The position numbers were made by a program, and so were the translations under genes. Below the pieces are notes generated by a model. That model searched no databases, was not told where the DNA came from, and worked only from the letters and a program-made list of their open reading frames with translations. This document shows positions 18,375 through 29,273 of a stretch of DNA of 64,000 bases, piece after piece (position 1 is the first letter of the stretch; each line of letters opens with the position of its first letter). Source of the stretch: an uncultured Candidatus Saccharibacteria bacterium (GTDB lineage: Bacteria > Patescibacteriota > Minisyncoccia > Sungbacterales > HO2-52-23); the NCBI GenBank assembly GCA_964585475.1, contig CAZPDF010000004.1, positions 23,169 through 87,168 on the forward strand. The letters run 5' to 3'.

Positions 18375-18470
18375 GGTTTGAATCGGGATTTATGTTGTCG
18401 CCCGCGAAACGATTAACAATCGTTTCGCCCACTTCGCTACCGGGGAATATTCAATATTTTACTTCAAAAT

Positions 18471-19748
18471 TTAATATCCTTCAAGTTTCTTTGAATGATC
18501 ATGCAGGCGGATGCGCTCAAGGGACTTGGCCTCAATCTGACGGATCCGCTCACGGGTTACGCCAAATTCCCGACCTACTTCCTCAAGAGTATGCGTTATG
18601 CCGTCATCAAGACCAAAACGCATGGCAAGAATTTTTTGCTCTCTGGGGGTAAGCTCCTTGATTATTCCAAGAAGTTGATCTTTCAAGAGCCGCCGCGAGG
18701 CAACCTGCGAAGGCGAAAGGGTTTTATCGTCCACGATAAATTCGCCGAGAACCGAATCCTCGTCATCCCCTTCCCCAACCGGCGCCTCAAGCGACACCGT
18801 GTCCTGCTCAATCCGTTCAAGATGATGCACTTTTTCAACTTCGATATTCATTTCGGCCGCAATCTCCTCCGGCAAGGGCTCGCGACCCAAATCCTGTAGC
18901 AACCTGCGCTTCACCTGCTGGAATTTGGAGATGGTCTCCACCATATGCACCGGAATGCGGATTGTCCGCGCCTGATCCGCCAGGGCCCGCGTAATCGCCT
19001 GTCTGATCCACCAGGTGGCGTAAGTTGAAAATTTATAACCCCGGCGGTAATCAAACTTCTCAACCGCTTTAAAAAGGCCGAGATTCCCCTCCTGGATCAG
19101 ATCAAGAAGAGTTAAATGCGTGGAGCGGCCAACATAACGCTTGGCAATGGAAACCACCAGGCGGAGATTGGCTTGCGTAAGCTTCTTTCGCGCCTCCTCG
19201 TCTCCCTTCTCGATGCGTCTGGCAAGTTCTTTCTCCTCGTCCCCGGTAAGAAGTGGGATGCGGCCGATCTCGCGAAGATACATCTGTACCGAATCCTGCG
19301 ACAATTGATCAAAGTCTATTGCCTCCTCTTTTTTCCGGCGCTTGGCCGTAACCACGGTTTCTTCCTTCTTTTTATCCTCATCTATAAACTCCTTTGTTTC
19401 AAGAATCTCGATATTTTCCCGCTCAAACCGCGCGTAGAGATCCTCAAGGAGTAAAATATCCTCCTCGATCGTCGGGAAATAATAAAGGATCTCGGCGTAA
19501 GTTACAAAACCGCGCTCTCTCCCCCGCTTAAGAAGTGCGTTGATTTTATGCTCTACCTCAATGGCGCCCGCCTTTTTGGGCAGCTCTGATTCCATAATCT
19601 TTTTCCGGGCGGCCTGAAATTTGGTAAGTTTGCGCACGAATTTTGTGCGATTTTTTACGACCGGCTTTTTTTTAAAACTGAATCTACGCATGATTTTATC
19701 CCGCCCTCTCCACGAGGTATTATACCTCGTAGAGAGAAACGTTGCCAT
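18471..19748 (-). CDS. rpoD: RNA polymerase primary sigma factor
   Basis: 425 aa; regions 2-4 conserved ([40 protein letters not shown]...). Confidence 0.9.
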   Translation of the reverse strand: MATFLSTRYNTSWRGRDKIMRRFSFKKKPVVKNRTKFVRKLTKFQAARKKIMESELPKKAGAIEVEHKINALLKRGRERGFVTYAEILYYFPTIEEDILLLEDLYARFERENIEILETKEFIDEDKKKEETVVTAKRRKKEEAIDFDQLSQDSVQMYLREIGRIPLLTGDEEKELARRIEKGDEEARKKLTQANLRLVVSIAKRYVGRSTHLTLLDLIQEGNLGLFKAVEKFDYRRGYKFSTYATWWIRQAITRALADQARTIRIPVHMVETISKFQQVKRRLLQDLGREPLPEEIAAEMNIEVEKVHHLERIEQDTVSLEAPVGEGDDEDSVLGEFIVDDKTLSPSQVASRRLLKDQLLGIIKELTPREQKILAMRFGLDDGITHTLEEVGREFGVTRERIRQIEAKSLERIRLHDHSKKLEGY

Positions 19749-19794
19749 GCTACCCTGCGGCAGAACCGCAGGGTTTTCGCTGAAAGGGCGGGAT

Positions 19795-21585
19795 TTATGA
19801 AATAGTTTTAAGTTTCTCGGACAGCGCGCGGAAATCCCTAAGAAGCGAGGTGACTAAAGTCGCGTTCCCCTCCTTTTCCTTCCGCTCAATTTCCTCGCCA
19901 AGCTTGAGAAGATTTTCCCTAATACATTCCTTCTCAAGCTCGCGTCTGCATGTATAAAAATCTTCTTCGACATCCGGTGTCATCTGCGCCAGAACCTCGC
20001 CTTTGAAGCGGAGAAGGTCAAACGGACCCGCCAGATGCGGCGCGGGCTTTACCGAGGCGACACCCGCTTGAAAAAGCCCGAAAAGTTCCGCATTGACGCC
20101 AGAGGCAAAAGTAAGATGATGGCCCTCAAGACCTTCAAACCGTGCGCTGTCTTTAAGAACCGTAAGGAGCGCCAACAACCTCTCTTCAATAAGTTCGCGC
20201 CGCGTTGGCAAACGCACGGTTCCCCCTTCTGATGCGCCGTCACGTACTCCATACGTCGCCTTCTCGCCCGGCTTCCTTTTTAACTCCTTCCGGATTGCCT
20301 CCTCCGGCACCCCAAGCTTGCGCGAAACCTCACTTACCCAATGCGCCTTTTCCACCTCGTTTGATAATTCGGAAATTAGAGGAAGAAGAAGTGCTGAAAT
20401 TTCCTTTTTTTCGGAAACGCCAAGCGTTCCTTTTGCCCGAAAGGATTTCTCAAAATAGAAATCCACCACCGGCTTTGCTTTCTCAACCGCTTCCTGCCAG
20501 AACACCGGATTTTCTTTAACCGCATCGGCGGGATCTTTCCCGGCGGGAATTGAAGCGATCTTTCGCTCAAAATCAAATTCTGCAGCCAAGGCAAGCGAGC
20601 GCCTGGTTGCCGTCTCGCCGGCCGAATCAGTATCGAACGAACTTATAATGGTCCCGCAAAGACGCCGCAGGGTCTTTAACTGCTGAGGAGTCAATGCCGT
20701 GCCGGATACCGAAATCGTATTCTTGACTCCGGCTTGGTAAGACATGATGCAATCCATATAACCTTCAACTACCACCGCTTCGTTTTTTGAGCGGATTGCC
20801 TCTTTGGCCTTGTTAAAACCGTAGAGAACACGGGATTTATCATAAATCAATGTTTGGGGGGTATTGATATATTTTGCAACACCCTCCGTAGCTTTGGCGG
20901 GGGAGGGCCTCGCGATTCCCGCCTGCGCCAAGACCTCAGCGGGCGGAGCAAAAATTCTTCCACCGAATCCGATGACGCGGCTGTTGGCATCCGTAATCGG
21001 AAACATGATTCGCGAGCGGAAGCGATCATACCATGAAGATCCGTCTTCGGATCTTATAGCAAGCCCCGCCTTCTCTACCTCCTCTTTTTTAAAACCTTTT
21101 TGTCCTAGGGCTTTCCGAAGAAAATCCCAGCTTTGAGGCGCAAAGCCTACCCGAAACTCGCGCACGGTTTCTTCTTTCATTCCTCGTTCTTGAAGATAGA
21201 TTTTAACCGCCGGGGTTAGGGAAAGATTGCGCTCGAATATTTTGGCCGCTTCCTCGCAAAGGTCATACAGACGATTGCGCTCCGAGCGTAAAGCCGGATC
21301 TTCGCGCCTAAGTACTATGCCGGCGCGCTCCGCTAAAAGCTTTAGCGCCTCCGGGAAATCGTGCCCTTCAATCTCCATCAAAAACTTAAAAATATCTCCT
21401 CCTTTGCCGCATCCGAAACAATGCCAGATTTGGCGCGGCGGGGAAACAAAAAAGGACGGAGTTTTTTCCGTATGAAAAGGGCAATTGGCCCTATAGTTTA
21501 TGCCCGCCTTCTGCAGCCGGATATAGGACTGGACAAACTCCACGATATCCAGCCGTGATTTTATTTCCTCAACGGGTGAATTCAT
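19795..21585 (-). CDS. dnaG: DNA primase
   Basis: 596 aa; zinc-binding [20 protein letters not shown] motif; TOPRIM region. Confidence 0.9.
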   Translation of the reverse strand: MNSPVEEIKSRLDIVEFVQSYIRLQKAGINYRANCPFHTEKTPSFFVSPPRQIWHCFGCGKGGDIFKFLMEIEGHDFPEALKLLAERAGIVLRREDPALRSERNRLYDLCEEAAKIFERNLSLTPAVKIYLQERGMKEETVREFRVGFAPQSWDFLRKALGQKGFKKEEVEKAGLAIRSEDGSSWYDRFRSRIMFPITDANSRVIGFGGRIFAPPAEVLAQAGIARPSPAKATEGVAKYINTPQTLIYDKSRVLYGFNKAKEAIRSKNEAVVVEGYMDCIMSYQAGVKNTISVSGTALTPQQLKTLRRLCGTIISSFDTDSAGETATRRSLALAAEFDFERKIASIPAGKDPADAVKENPVFWQEAVEKAKPVVDFYFEKSFRAKGTLGVSEKKEISALLLPLISELSNEVEKAHWVSEVSRKLGVPEEAIRKELKRKPGEKATYGVRDGASEGGTVRLPTRRELIEERLLALLTVLKDSARFEGLEGHHLTFASGVNAELFGLFQAGVASVKPAPHLAGPFDLLRFKGEVLAQMTPDVEEDFYTCRRELEKECIRENLLKLGEEIERKEKEGNATLVTSLLRDFRALSEKLKTIS

Positions 21586-21629
21586 ACAATGCTTATTCTT
21601 AACAATAGAGGCGGGGTTCGCTGCGAAAT

Positions 21630-21716
21630 CGGAAGGGGCGAGATTCGAACTCGCGGTACCATTTCTGGTACACGGTCTTTCCAGGACCGCCAGTTAAACC
21701 GCTCCTGCACCCTTCC
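21630..21716 (-). tRNA. tRNA-Ser (anticodon GGA), long variable arm
   Basis: 87 nt; acceptor GGAAGGG/CCCTTCC; anticodon stem CGGTC/GACCG with loop CTGGAAA; variable arm GTACC..GGTAC; T-arm GCGAGTTCGAATCTCGC. Confidence 0.8.
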
Positions 21717-21832
21717 ATTCTTTATATTTTTCGGTGATTCTCGGGTTGGATGAGCCAAATGTACGAGGATATCTTACCACAAAATCTTTGTTGTACAAAT
21801 AGATTCTCCTCCCTCTATCTGCAATATGCGGC

Positions 21833-22753
21833 TTAATCCCGCGTACCTTCCAGCGCTTTAATTCTTTCTTCTATGGAAGGGTGGGTCGAAAACATTCTTA
21901 TAATCAACGACGTTTTTCTGCCGGTAGAAGATCCCCTATCCGCCCCGAATGGATTTTCAAAAAATAAATGCGCCGTAGCGTTAGTTGCCGTACGAAGCGG
22001 CTGAGAATAGGCGGAAATTTTTCGGAGGGCTGAAGCCAGGCCTTCAGGATAGCGCGTAAGAAGCGCGCCCGAGGAATCCGCCAAAAATTCGCGCCTGCGC
22101 GAAATTGCCAAGTGAATGAGCGAAGCGATTATGGGTGCCAAGACGGAAAGAATAATACCAAAAATAAACAAAAATCCGGCGGCAGAGCCGCGATCGCGGT
22201 CGCGCCCGCCCATTCCCCCAAACCAAAGAGAACGCATAAACATATCGGTGATTATGGAAATAAACCCTACGAGCACCACCGCAACGGTAGATATGAGCAT
22301 GTCCCTATTCCCTATGTGCGAAAGTTCATGCGCCAAAACCCCCTCAAGCTCTGATCTATCAAGACGTTCAAGAAGCCCCGAAGTTACCGCAACCACAGCG
22401 TGTTTTGGATTACGGCCCGTGGCAAAGGCGTTAGGGGCCGGATCGTTAATAAGATAAAACCGAGGCATGGGAAGGCCGGCGGCAATAGTGAGATTTTCCA
22501 AAACCCGATAAAGCTCGGGGTGGGATTTTAATTCGACCGGTTCGGCCCGATGCAACCTAAGCACAATCCTGTCCGAGAACCAGTAACTTAAAACATTCAT
22601 GCCAACGCTAAAAAGAACGGCAACATAAAGTATTCCCGGGTTTCCGTAAATCTGGCTGAAGGTCCAGCCGATCGCGATTACAACACCGAAGAACGCGGCC
22701 ATCAAAAGCCACGTCTTTCTAATGTTGGACGATTTTTGCGTGTATAGCGTCAT
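21833..22753 (-). CDS. htpX: zinc metalloprotease HtpX (peptidase M48)
   Basis: 306 aa; TM helices; HELSHIGNRD (HExxH) motif. Confidence 0.8.
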   Translation of the reverse strand: MTLYTQKSSNIRKTWLLMAAFFGVVIAIGWTFSQIYGNPGILYVAVLFSVGMNVLSYWFSDRIVLRLHRAEPVELKSHPELYRVLENLTIAAGLPMPRFYLINDPAPNAFATGRNPKHAVVAVTSGLLERLDRSELEGVLAHELSHIGNRDMLISTVAVVLVGFISIITDMFMRSLWFGGMGGRDRDRGSAAGFLFIFGIILSVLAPIIASLIHLAISRRREFLADSSGALLTRYPEGLASALRKISAYSQPLRTATNATAHLFFENPFGADRGSSTGRKTSLIIRMFSTHPSIEERIKALEGTRD

Positions 22754-22761
22754 CGCACGAG

Positions 22762-23010
22762 CTACCTTTTCTCAAGGGTATAACCCTTATTCGAATAATC
22801 GTATTTAATAGTGAAATTGCCTCCGGACTGATCTTCAAAATCGGCGGAGCCGGTCGCCTTGGCCGCCTCAAAAAGGGCTGAGGCCTCGCTCGCATCAATA
22901 GAATATTTGCCGTATCCTCCGAGGTAATCGATCGCGGGCTTAATACCGGAGTAATCCTCCTCGCTGTAATAAACGTAGTAGTTATGAACCTTTACGTAGG
23001 GGGATCCCAT
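22762..23010 (-). CDS. small hypothetical protein
   Basis: 82 aa Tyr/Gly-rich ORF between lemA and htpX. Confidence 0.4.
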   Translation of the reverse strand: MGSPYVKVHNYYVYYSEEDYSGIKPAIDYLGGYGKYSIDASEASALFEAAKATGSADFEDQSGGNFTIKYDYSNKGYTLEKR

Positions 23011-23019
23011 AATCGGGAA

Positions 23020-23580
23020 CTAAAATTTAACTTTCACCGGTTCTTTCGCCGCTTCCTCTTCAAGGTCGAAAAATTCTCTCGCGGAGAATCCAAATGACTG
23101 CGCGATCGTGTTAGAAGGGAAGGACTGAATCATAGTGTTATAATTCAGGATACTGGCATTATAAAATCGGCGGGCGGACTGGATTTTATTTTCCGTATCC
23201 GCAAGTTCTCTCTGCAAATCCAAAAAATTGGCATTGGCCTTAAGATCCGGGTAGTTTTCCGAAACTGCAAAAAGGGTTTTAAGGGTGCTGGTAAGCATAT
23301 TCTCGGCCTGCGTATGCTCTTTCGCGGTTTTAGCACCCATGGCGGCGGAGCGCGCCTCGGTTACATTTTCAAACACGCCCTTCTCATGCGCGGCATAGCC
23401 CTTAACCGTCTCCATCACGTTCGGAATAAGATCGTACCTCCTCTTCATCTGCACTTCAATATCGGACCAGGCCTCATCAATGCGATTGCGCCGGCTGATT
23501 AGGGAATTATAAATAAATATCGCCGAGAGAATAAGAACCCCGATGATGCTTAATATAATGTATAGCGTGGGCATAACCAA
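23020..23580 (-). CDS. lemA: LemA family protein
   Basis: 186 aa; N-terminal TM then LemA-like YNSLISRRNRIDEAWSDIEVQMKRRYDLIPNVMETVKGYAAHEK.. Confidence 0.85.
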   Translation of the reverse strand: MVMPTLYIILSIIGVLILSAIFIYNSLISRRNRIDEAWSDIEVQMKRRYDLIPNVMETVKGYAAHEKGVFENVTEARSAAMGAKTAKEHTQAENMLTSTLKTLFAVSENYPDLKANANFLDLQRELADTENKIQSARRFYNASILNYNTMIQSFPSNTIAQSFGFSAREFFDLEEEAAKEPVKVKF

Positions 23581-23604
23581 AAATCACTAATCAAGCTCGA
23601 ATTT

Positions 23605-23673
23605 AATTCGCGAATGCCCGTAGTGAGCCTGTCGAACTATTCGCGAATAGGATTAGAGATTGATTCGCGATAC
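23605..23673. promoter_or_regulatory. three TTCGCGAA-type palindromes upstream of lemA
   Basis: AATTCGCGAAT at 23605-23615, TATTCGCGAATA at 23638-23649, GATTCGCGATAC at 23662-23673. Confidence 0.35.
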
Positions 23674-23691
23674 AGGGCTGATTATAACAGA

Positions 23692-24045
23692 TTAAATTTT
23701 CTCTTCAATGTCACTAAGCTCCCGCTCCATGTTTTTCTCAATCTTCTCAAGCTCGCGCAGGAGGTGATCTTTTCTCGTAAGTTCATCCCCGGAAAGCGCT
23801 TTGCCCGAGGATTCGAGGAGACGCAGCTCGCCCAAAAGATCGCTCCGAATTTCGGATAACCCATCGCGGATTGATTCGTGCGCTTCACGGATTTCCTTTG
23901 AAAGCAGCACTTGCTTGATGCGCCGCACCCGCCACGTGTAATAAAGGACCAACGTCACACCGAAGATCAACAAAATAACGATAATAAGCGTCGGGAAGAA
24001 GACTGAAATACTTGCAAGAAAAAACCTTCTGAATGATCTACTCAT
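23692..24045 (-). CDS. hypothetical membrane protein with cytoplasmic coiled coil
   Basis: 117 aa; one TM then a charged helical region. Confidence 0.4.
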   Translation of the reverse strand: MSRSFRRFFLASISVFFPTLIIVILLIFGVTLVLYYTWRVRRIKQVLLSKEIREAHESIRDGLSEIRSDLLGELRLLESSGKALSGDELTRKDHLLRELEKIEKNMERELSDIEEKI

Positions 24046-24245
24046 CCAGCAGTTATATCTAACTAATATACATCTTTTATTATAGCATACTGGACTGAAT
24101 GAACTGTGGATAACTTAGCAAAAATGGCGGCTTAAACGCCACCGTATAACATTGATAAGAATTAATACAAAGGGCTTAAAATAAATCGGCAAGAAATATT
24201 TTTATTGCTATGGACGAATTTAATCAGCACACCGATACACCGCCT

Positions 24246-26531
24246 TTAAAACCTTGACTTGATGTAATCAAACACGGGTTGGACTATGCCGCGATGCCCC
24301 TTGGCAAGAATGACTGTTTTCTGGCAAAGTTTGGCCACCTGCTCCGGAATGGGGCCTACTCCAATTGCCTTCGTTATCCTGTCGCGCGCGGCAGGAAATA
24401 GAACAACATCGTGATGCTCGGATTCTTTGAGGATGGCGGAAGCGACAAAATCGGAAAAAATCAACTTTGCGGCCGGCGAGACATTTGTTTTTATCTTCAG
24501 CTCCCTCACCCGATCTTCAAGAACTGCATGGAAGGCAGCATACTCTATATTGCGGGTGGCTCTCGGGACCACCATTCCCACCGTAATTTCTCCGTCAAAC
24601 CATTTAGCAAGGGCAGACGCAACCTTTCCCGCAAAACGCAAATTCGGATTTTCGTCCACCGGCACCGGGATGAAAATTTTTTTAAACCGGGCCGAATCAA
24701 AAAGTTTTACCACCATAAGATCGCACTTGGCTCGGTGAAGAACAGTATCGACCTTCCTGCCGAAAATAAATCCTTTCGTGTTCACGTATCCATCCCACCC
24801 CATAATTAGAAGGTCTCCGTCCTCAATCGAGACGGTTTCCAAAATTGTGTCCGGGATGGAACGCGCGACGATAAGTCGCGTATCAATATTAAATTTTTTC
24901 TGCACTGCGGACTGCTCTATTTTTTCAAGCAATTTTTTTTCGTGATCAGAATGGAATCCAGCTACAAGCGGCAGGGACGGAGGAACTTCGTGGATACGCA
25001 ACGCCATCAACTCCCCTTCCTCGGAACGCGCCATGGCAAACGCAATTTGTGAAAATTCGTTCCAGTGCGCATCCTGCACCACAGGAATAATAATGCGATA
25101 CCCCAGCTTCTCCCGAAATCTTGACGCATGCTCATACATAATTTCGCGCTCGTGCCCCGCGCGCCCCTGAATTTTGGTATATCCGAAATAATTTATGAGA
25201 CCTAGGAGCAGCCAAAATACCGAAAAATAAATTCCAACGGGACTTACTTGGAATAGCGCAACCCCCAGGAGTATATAGAGTGCAACAGCAAGCAAGGGCA
25301 AGAACACTCCAAAAGGCACAACATATTGCCAGCGCGCTTCCGGCCTTTTTCTCCGAAGCTGAATATAGGCAAGGTTAAGCTGGAGAAAAAGAGCGATGAA
25401 GAGAACATTGGCCGCGCCCGCAATGTCTTTCAAAGGCAGAAAGGTGGATACAAAAGTAATTACCGCAATGGAGAGTAAAATTGCGCGATAGGGCGTCTGG
25501 TTAATTTCGTGGGTATCCCCTAGCCGCCACCATACGAATTTGTCCCGGGCCATCGCAAAAAGCACGCGGGAGGAAGAATAAATAGTCGCGTTTAAAGCCG
25601 CAATGTTGGCCAGCAATCCCCCCAGGAGCATAAGCAAATACCCCAAGGGAAGAAATTGCGCGGCTGATTCTATAATCGCGCGTTCGGCAAGCGAATCCAG
25701 AACTTGCCAGGAAGGCACGGCATGGCCGTTGGTCGCGCCGACGATCACAAAGGAAATAAGAAGATAAATAACCGAGACAATCCCCCATGAGGCAAAAAGT
25801 CCGATTTTCAACGTACGAGCTGGGTTCCGAACCTCCTCTCCCGCCTGCGCTTGAATTTCCGAACCCTCGAAAGCAATATAGAATAATCCGGCTGCCTGAA
25901 GAACCCCGGCAAGCCCTAAAGGAAAAAGCGGAGAAAAGTTCTTAAAAAACACCTCCGGCGTTCCCCCAATTTTTTTAAGACCGAAGATAACATAGAACGT
26001 CAAAATACCGAGGAGCAGCATGGAAATATAGCCGCCGATTTTTCCGGAGAGCGCAACCCCCCGATAGTTGATCAATCCAAACATAATTACCACCAATACG
26101 GCGAAAATAATCTTCCAGATTCCTACGCCAAGACCAAAGGGAGAAAACGCAAGAAAAGAAGATAGAAATTCCGTTGCGAATATCCCGAAACTTACTGCAT
26201 AAAGAGCGCAGGCAACGGAAGAGGCCATCCAAGAAAACCATCCCGATAAAAATCCCTGCAAATCGCCAAGTCCATCCCGCACCCAGTGGTATCCCCCGCC
26301 TGCTGCGGGAAATGTAGTGGCTAGCGAAACATAAGAATTGAGGTTAAGAAACGAAATAAAGGCACCAAGAAGTATTACAAAAACGAGTGCACCGCCGGCA
26401 AGTCCTGCGGCGTGTCCCAAAAGCGTAAATACTCCCCCGCCAAGAAGCGCTCCTACACCAAGGAGCGTTATCTCCCAAACACCAAGAGTTCGGCTAAGGG
26501 TTATGGGTATGACAGATTGCGCTTTAGACAT
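24246..26531 (-). CDS. APC-family amino-acid permease fused to C-terminal tandem universal-stress-protein (Usp) domains
   Basis: 761 aa; ~12 TM N-terminal permease; ~300 aa C-terminal region with UspA-like alpha/beta pattern. Confidence 0.65.
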   Translation of the reverse strand: MSKAQSVIPITLSRTLGVWEITLLGVGALLGGGVFTLLGHAAGLAGGALVFVILLGAFISFLNLNSYVSLATTFPAAGGGYHWVRDGLGDLQGFLSGWFSWMASSVACALYAVSFGIFATEFLSSFLAFSPFGLGVGIWKIIFAVLVVIMFGLINYRGVALSGKIGGYISMLLLGILTFYVIFGLKKIGGTPEVFFKNFSPLFPLGLAGVLQAAGLFYIAFEGSEIQAQAGEEVRNPARTLKIGLFASWGIVSVIYLLISFVIVGATNGHAVPSWQVLDSLAERAIIESAAQFLPLGYLLMLLGGLLANIAALNATIYSSSRVLFAMARDKFVWWRLGDTHEINQTPYRAILLSIAVITFVSTFLPLKDIAGAANVLFIALFLQLNLAYIQLRRKRPEARWQYVVPFGVFLPLLAVALYILLGVALFQVSPVGIYFSVFWLLLGLINYFGYTKIQGRAGHEREIMYEHASRFREKLGYRIIIPVVQDAHWNEFSQIAFAMARSEEGELMALRIHEVPPSLPLVAGFHSDHEKKLLEKIEQSAVQKKFNIDTRLIVARSIPDTILETVSIEDGDLLIMGWDGYVNTKGFIFGRKVDTVLHRAKCDLMVVKLFDSARFKKIFIPVPVDENPNLRFAGKVASALAKWFDGEITVGMVVPRATRNIEYAAFHAVLEDRVRELKIKTNVSPAAKLIFSDFVASAILKESEHHDVVLFPAARDRITKAIGVGPIPEQVAKLCQKTVILAKGHRGIVQPVFDYIKSRF

Positions 26532-26537
26532 TTGATT

Positions 26538-28316
26538 TTAGGCCTTGGGCAGACTGAAACTAAATCGCGTTCCCTTCCCCTCCTCCGACACAAACCAGAT
26601 TTTGCCCTGCATTTTTTCTACCAACTCTTTGGTGATAAAAAGGCCAAGCCCGGTTCCCTGAATTAATTGAGTTTTCGCGCTTTCCGCCCGGAAAAACTTC
26701 TCAAACATATGTTCCTGGTCATCCCGCGTCATTCCGATACCATTATCTTCAACATGTATAATGATCTTACCATCGGCAATTTCATGATAAATTTTTACAA
26801 ACCCTCCGACCCGGTTATATTTTATCGCATTAGAAACCAGGTTCATAACTATCTCTTTTACTCGGGCCTCATCAGCCACAACTTCCGGCAAACCTTCCAG
26901 TTCCGTATAAGAAAGGATGATTTTCTTCTCATCCGCCAGCGGCTTAACTTCTACTAAAATCGCCTTTATACTTTCTCGCAGATCGCAAGGAGCGACCTTA
27001 ATTTTGATTCGCCCCGCCTCGCTTCGCGCAACATCTAAAATATCATTCACTAATTGAATCAGGCGCTCATTGGCCTGCATAACCGGATTGATATATTGCT
27101 TCATCCCTTCCGTAACCTTGCCGCCGCTTCCCTCCAGAAGCATGGAGAGATAACCCTTGATCGCGGTAACCGGGGTACGAAGTTCGTGGGCGGCGATAAA
27201 TACGAATTCATTTCTTAATTCCTGCAGACGTTTCAGGCCCTCTGCCATTTTATTGAATGCATTTCCTAAGTCCTCAAGCTCATCTTTAGTTTTAATCTCC
27301 ACCCGCTTCTCAAAATTACCTTGTTCAATCTCGAAAGCGCTTTCTTCCAGCGCCCGGATCGGCCGCGTAAGTCGCCTCGCCAAAAGCGGAGAGAGCAGCA
27401 AAACAGCCAAAATGCTGAAAAGGGTGAAATTCAACACCTGATTTCTAATGTCATTTACAATACCGTCTGCATCCGCAATGGGCCATTCAGCCAGCAGCGC
27501 CCATCCGAGTTTAGGAATTTTCTTCCCGGAACCTACTACCGGCTCACGCCCAAAAAAACTTTCATAACGGTCGCGATCTCCCAAGCCGTCCAGAATCTCT
27601 CCCCGCAGTATTCTTTTCACCCTCTCAAGTCCCAACAAAAGCGTTCCCGATTTCACTTCTCCCCTTCCACGGTAGGCAACGAGCGCTCCTTCTTTATCAA
27701 GAAGCAAAAGATAACCGCTCGCGCCAAGACGAGCTGACTCAACGGAGCGAACGATGGCGAGAAGATTTACTTCGGCCGTCAACACTTGAATGATATCATT
27801 ATTTCTATTCCGCACGGGGGAGGCAAGAGTCATCTGGGGACCAGAGAGCGTATAGTAGACCTCACCCATAAAATCTATGCCGCCCGCCGCGCGTTTGAAT
27901 TTGGGGAGGGAAGACACATCCTGAAGTTCCGCCTCGTCCTCGTCGCGTATGAGTTTTGCGGTTTCCTTCCCTTGAAGATCAATCAAGCTCGCTTCCGAGA
28001 ATGCGCGGTTCTCATCAAGAATTCCTTTAAGAAGAAATTGCTGCTGAGACCTCTCGATCTCCGATTTTTGGGTGAACCCTACGCGAAGCTGCAAAATGCC
28101 TAGGGTATCAACAAGAAATTTTTCTATCTCCTCGGTTTTCTGGTCAATCAGCTGCAATTCAAGATTAGAAACATCGTGACGATGTGAAATTTCAATCAGG
28201 TAGAGCACAAGACCTCCCAAAATCAGCGGCGTAGCCGAGGCAAGCACTATGAAAAATAAAGCAAACTTTTGCTGGAGCCGCGATCCGAAAACAAATTGTG
28301 TGATGCGATCTAGCAT
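26538..28316 (-). CDS. sensor histidine kinase
   Basis: 592 aa; two TMs with periplasmic sensor; HAMP; H-box IAAHELRTPVTAIKGY; HATPase_c motifs. Confidence 0.8.
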   Translation of the reverse strand: MLDRITQFVFGSRLQQKFALFFIVLASATPLILGGLVLYLIEISHRHDVSNLELQLIDQKTEEIEKFLVDTLGILQLRVGFTQKSEIERSQQQFLLKGILDENRAFSEASLIDLQGKETAKLIRDEDEAELQDVSSLPKFKRAAGGIDFMGEVYYTLSGPQMTLASPVRNRNNDIIQVLTAEVNLLAIVRSVESARLGASGYLLLLDKEGALVAYRGRGEVKSGTLLLGLERVKRILRGEILDGLGDRDRYESFFGREPVVGSGKKIPKLGWALLAEWPIADADGIVNDIRNQVLNFTLFSILAVLLLSPLLARRLTRPIRALEESAFEIEQGNFEKRVEIKTKDELEDLGNAFNKMAEGLKRLQELRNEFVFIAAHELRTPVTAIKGYLSMLLEGSGGKVTEGMKQYINPVMQANERLIQLVNDILDVARSEAGRIKIKVAPCDLRESIKAILVEVKPLADEKKIILSYTELEGLPEVVADEARVKEIVMNLVSNAIKYNRVGGFVKIYHEIADGKIIIHVEDNGIGMTRDDQEHMFEKFFRAESAKTQLIQGTGLGLFITKELVEKMQGKIWFVSEEGKGTRFSFSLPKA

Positions 28317-28327
28317 GGCGCAAAAAA

Positions 28328-29182
28328 TTACAATCCAAAACCGCGAATAGCGGCGCGCTCCAAATACGTTTTCTCAAGCGGACGCTTTCTCCCGGCGCCC
28401 ATCAAATCCGGAGATAAAATTCGTTCCTCAAAAGTCGGCTCCTCGACTTCATACTTATCCGGGAGTCCAAGGGTATGATAAAACTCATGAACCATTACGC
28501 TCGCGCCGTATGATCGTAATTCGGGGCGCGCTAAATAGGCGGAGGAAAGCAGGAAAAAACCGTCAGCCGCTTCAACATCAATCTTAAAAATGATTGACTC
28601 GGGGATTCCTAACTTTTCAGCAATCTCACGCTCCGATTCAAGCTCACTTTCATAAATTATGCCGCCGGAGGCCCCCACGCCTTCATAAAGAATAAAGAGG
28701 ACTGGATAAACATTTTTTTCGCGTAGCGAAAAATCTTCATGACGAATATCGCCCGAAGGCCTAAACACTCTTTGCTCAATCTCCGAAGCAGTACGAAGAA
28801 GCGCGTGAGGGTTTCCGCCGCCCGTATTGTCCGTATCATAATAGACGGAGTCCTGCAGTCCCACTACCGGCTCGGGAAAAATTTGGTACTTGAGACTCGA
28901 CTTGCCCTGAAACTGAAGCGCGTGAAATTTCTCTAATTTTTGCAGGTTTTCTTCGAGAACCTCCCGCCAATTCGAAATAATGGATTTCGCTTTACTTTGA
29001 GGCACAAAATAAAATGCGGTGACTCTGATTTCGCTAATCGCTCGGCTGGGATCGTTATAAGCATGCGGGATTGAAACGTCAGGATAATATTCACGGTATA
29101 CTTTCGGAACGCCAATAAAAAAATAGAGCACACCCAGGGCCGCGAAAATAACACTTAGGGTTAGGGCGAGATACTTGACCAT
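28328..29182 (-). CDS. putative membrane-anchored zinc metalloprotease (HExxH)
   Basis: 284 aa; N-terminal TM; MVHEFYHTLGLPDKYE zincin-like motif; family not assigned. Confidence 0.5.
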   Translation of the reverse strand: MVKYLALTLSVIFAALGVLYFFIGVPKVYREYYPDVSIPHAYNDPSRAISEIRVTAFYFVPQSKAKSIISNWREVLEENLQKLEKFHALQFQGKSSLKYQIFPEPVVGLQDSVYYDTDNTGGGNPHALLRTASEIEQRVFRPSGDIRHEDFSLREKNVYPVLFILYEGVGASGGIIYESELESEREIAEKLGIPESIIFKIDVEAADGFFLLSSAYLARPELRSYGASVMVHEFYHTLGLPDKYEVEEPTFEERILSPDLMGAGRKRPLEKTYLERAAIRGFGL

Positions 29183-29204
29183 ACCCAGTATATCTTCCCC
29201 GACT

Positions 29205-29236
29205 GCTCCGACTTGAGTCGGAGCGTTTTTCTGAAA
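29205..29236 (+). terminator. terminator-like hairpin GCTCCGACT..AGTCGGAGC plus T-tract
   Basis: 8-bp stem followed by GTTTTT; near-identical hairpin at 50395-50425. Confidence 0.35.
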
Positions 29237-29273
29237 TCTAGGCGCCGAGGTTCAGGAGCGAGGAAAATGCCGC

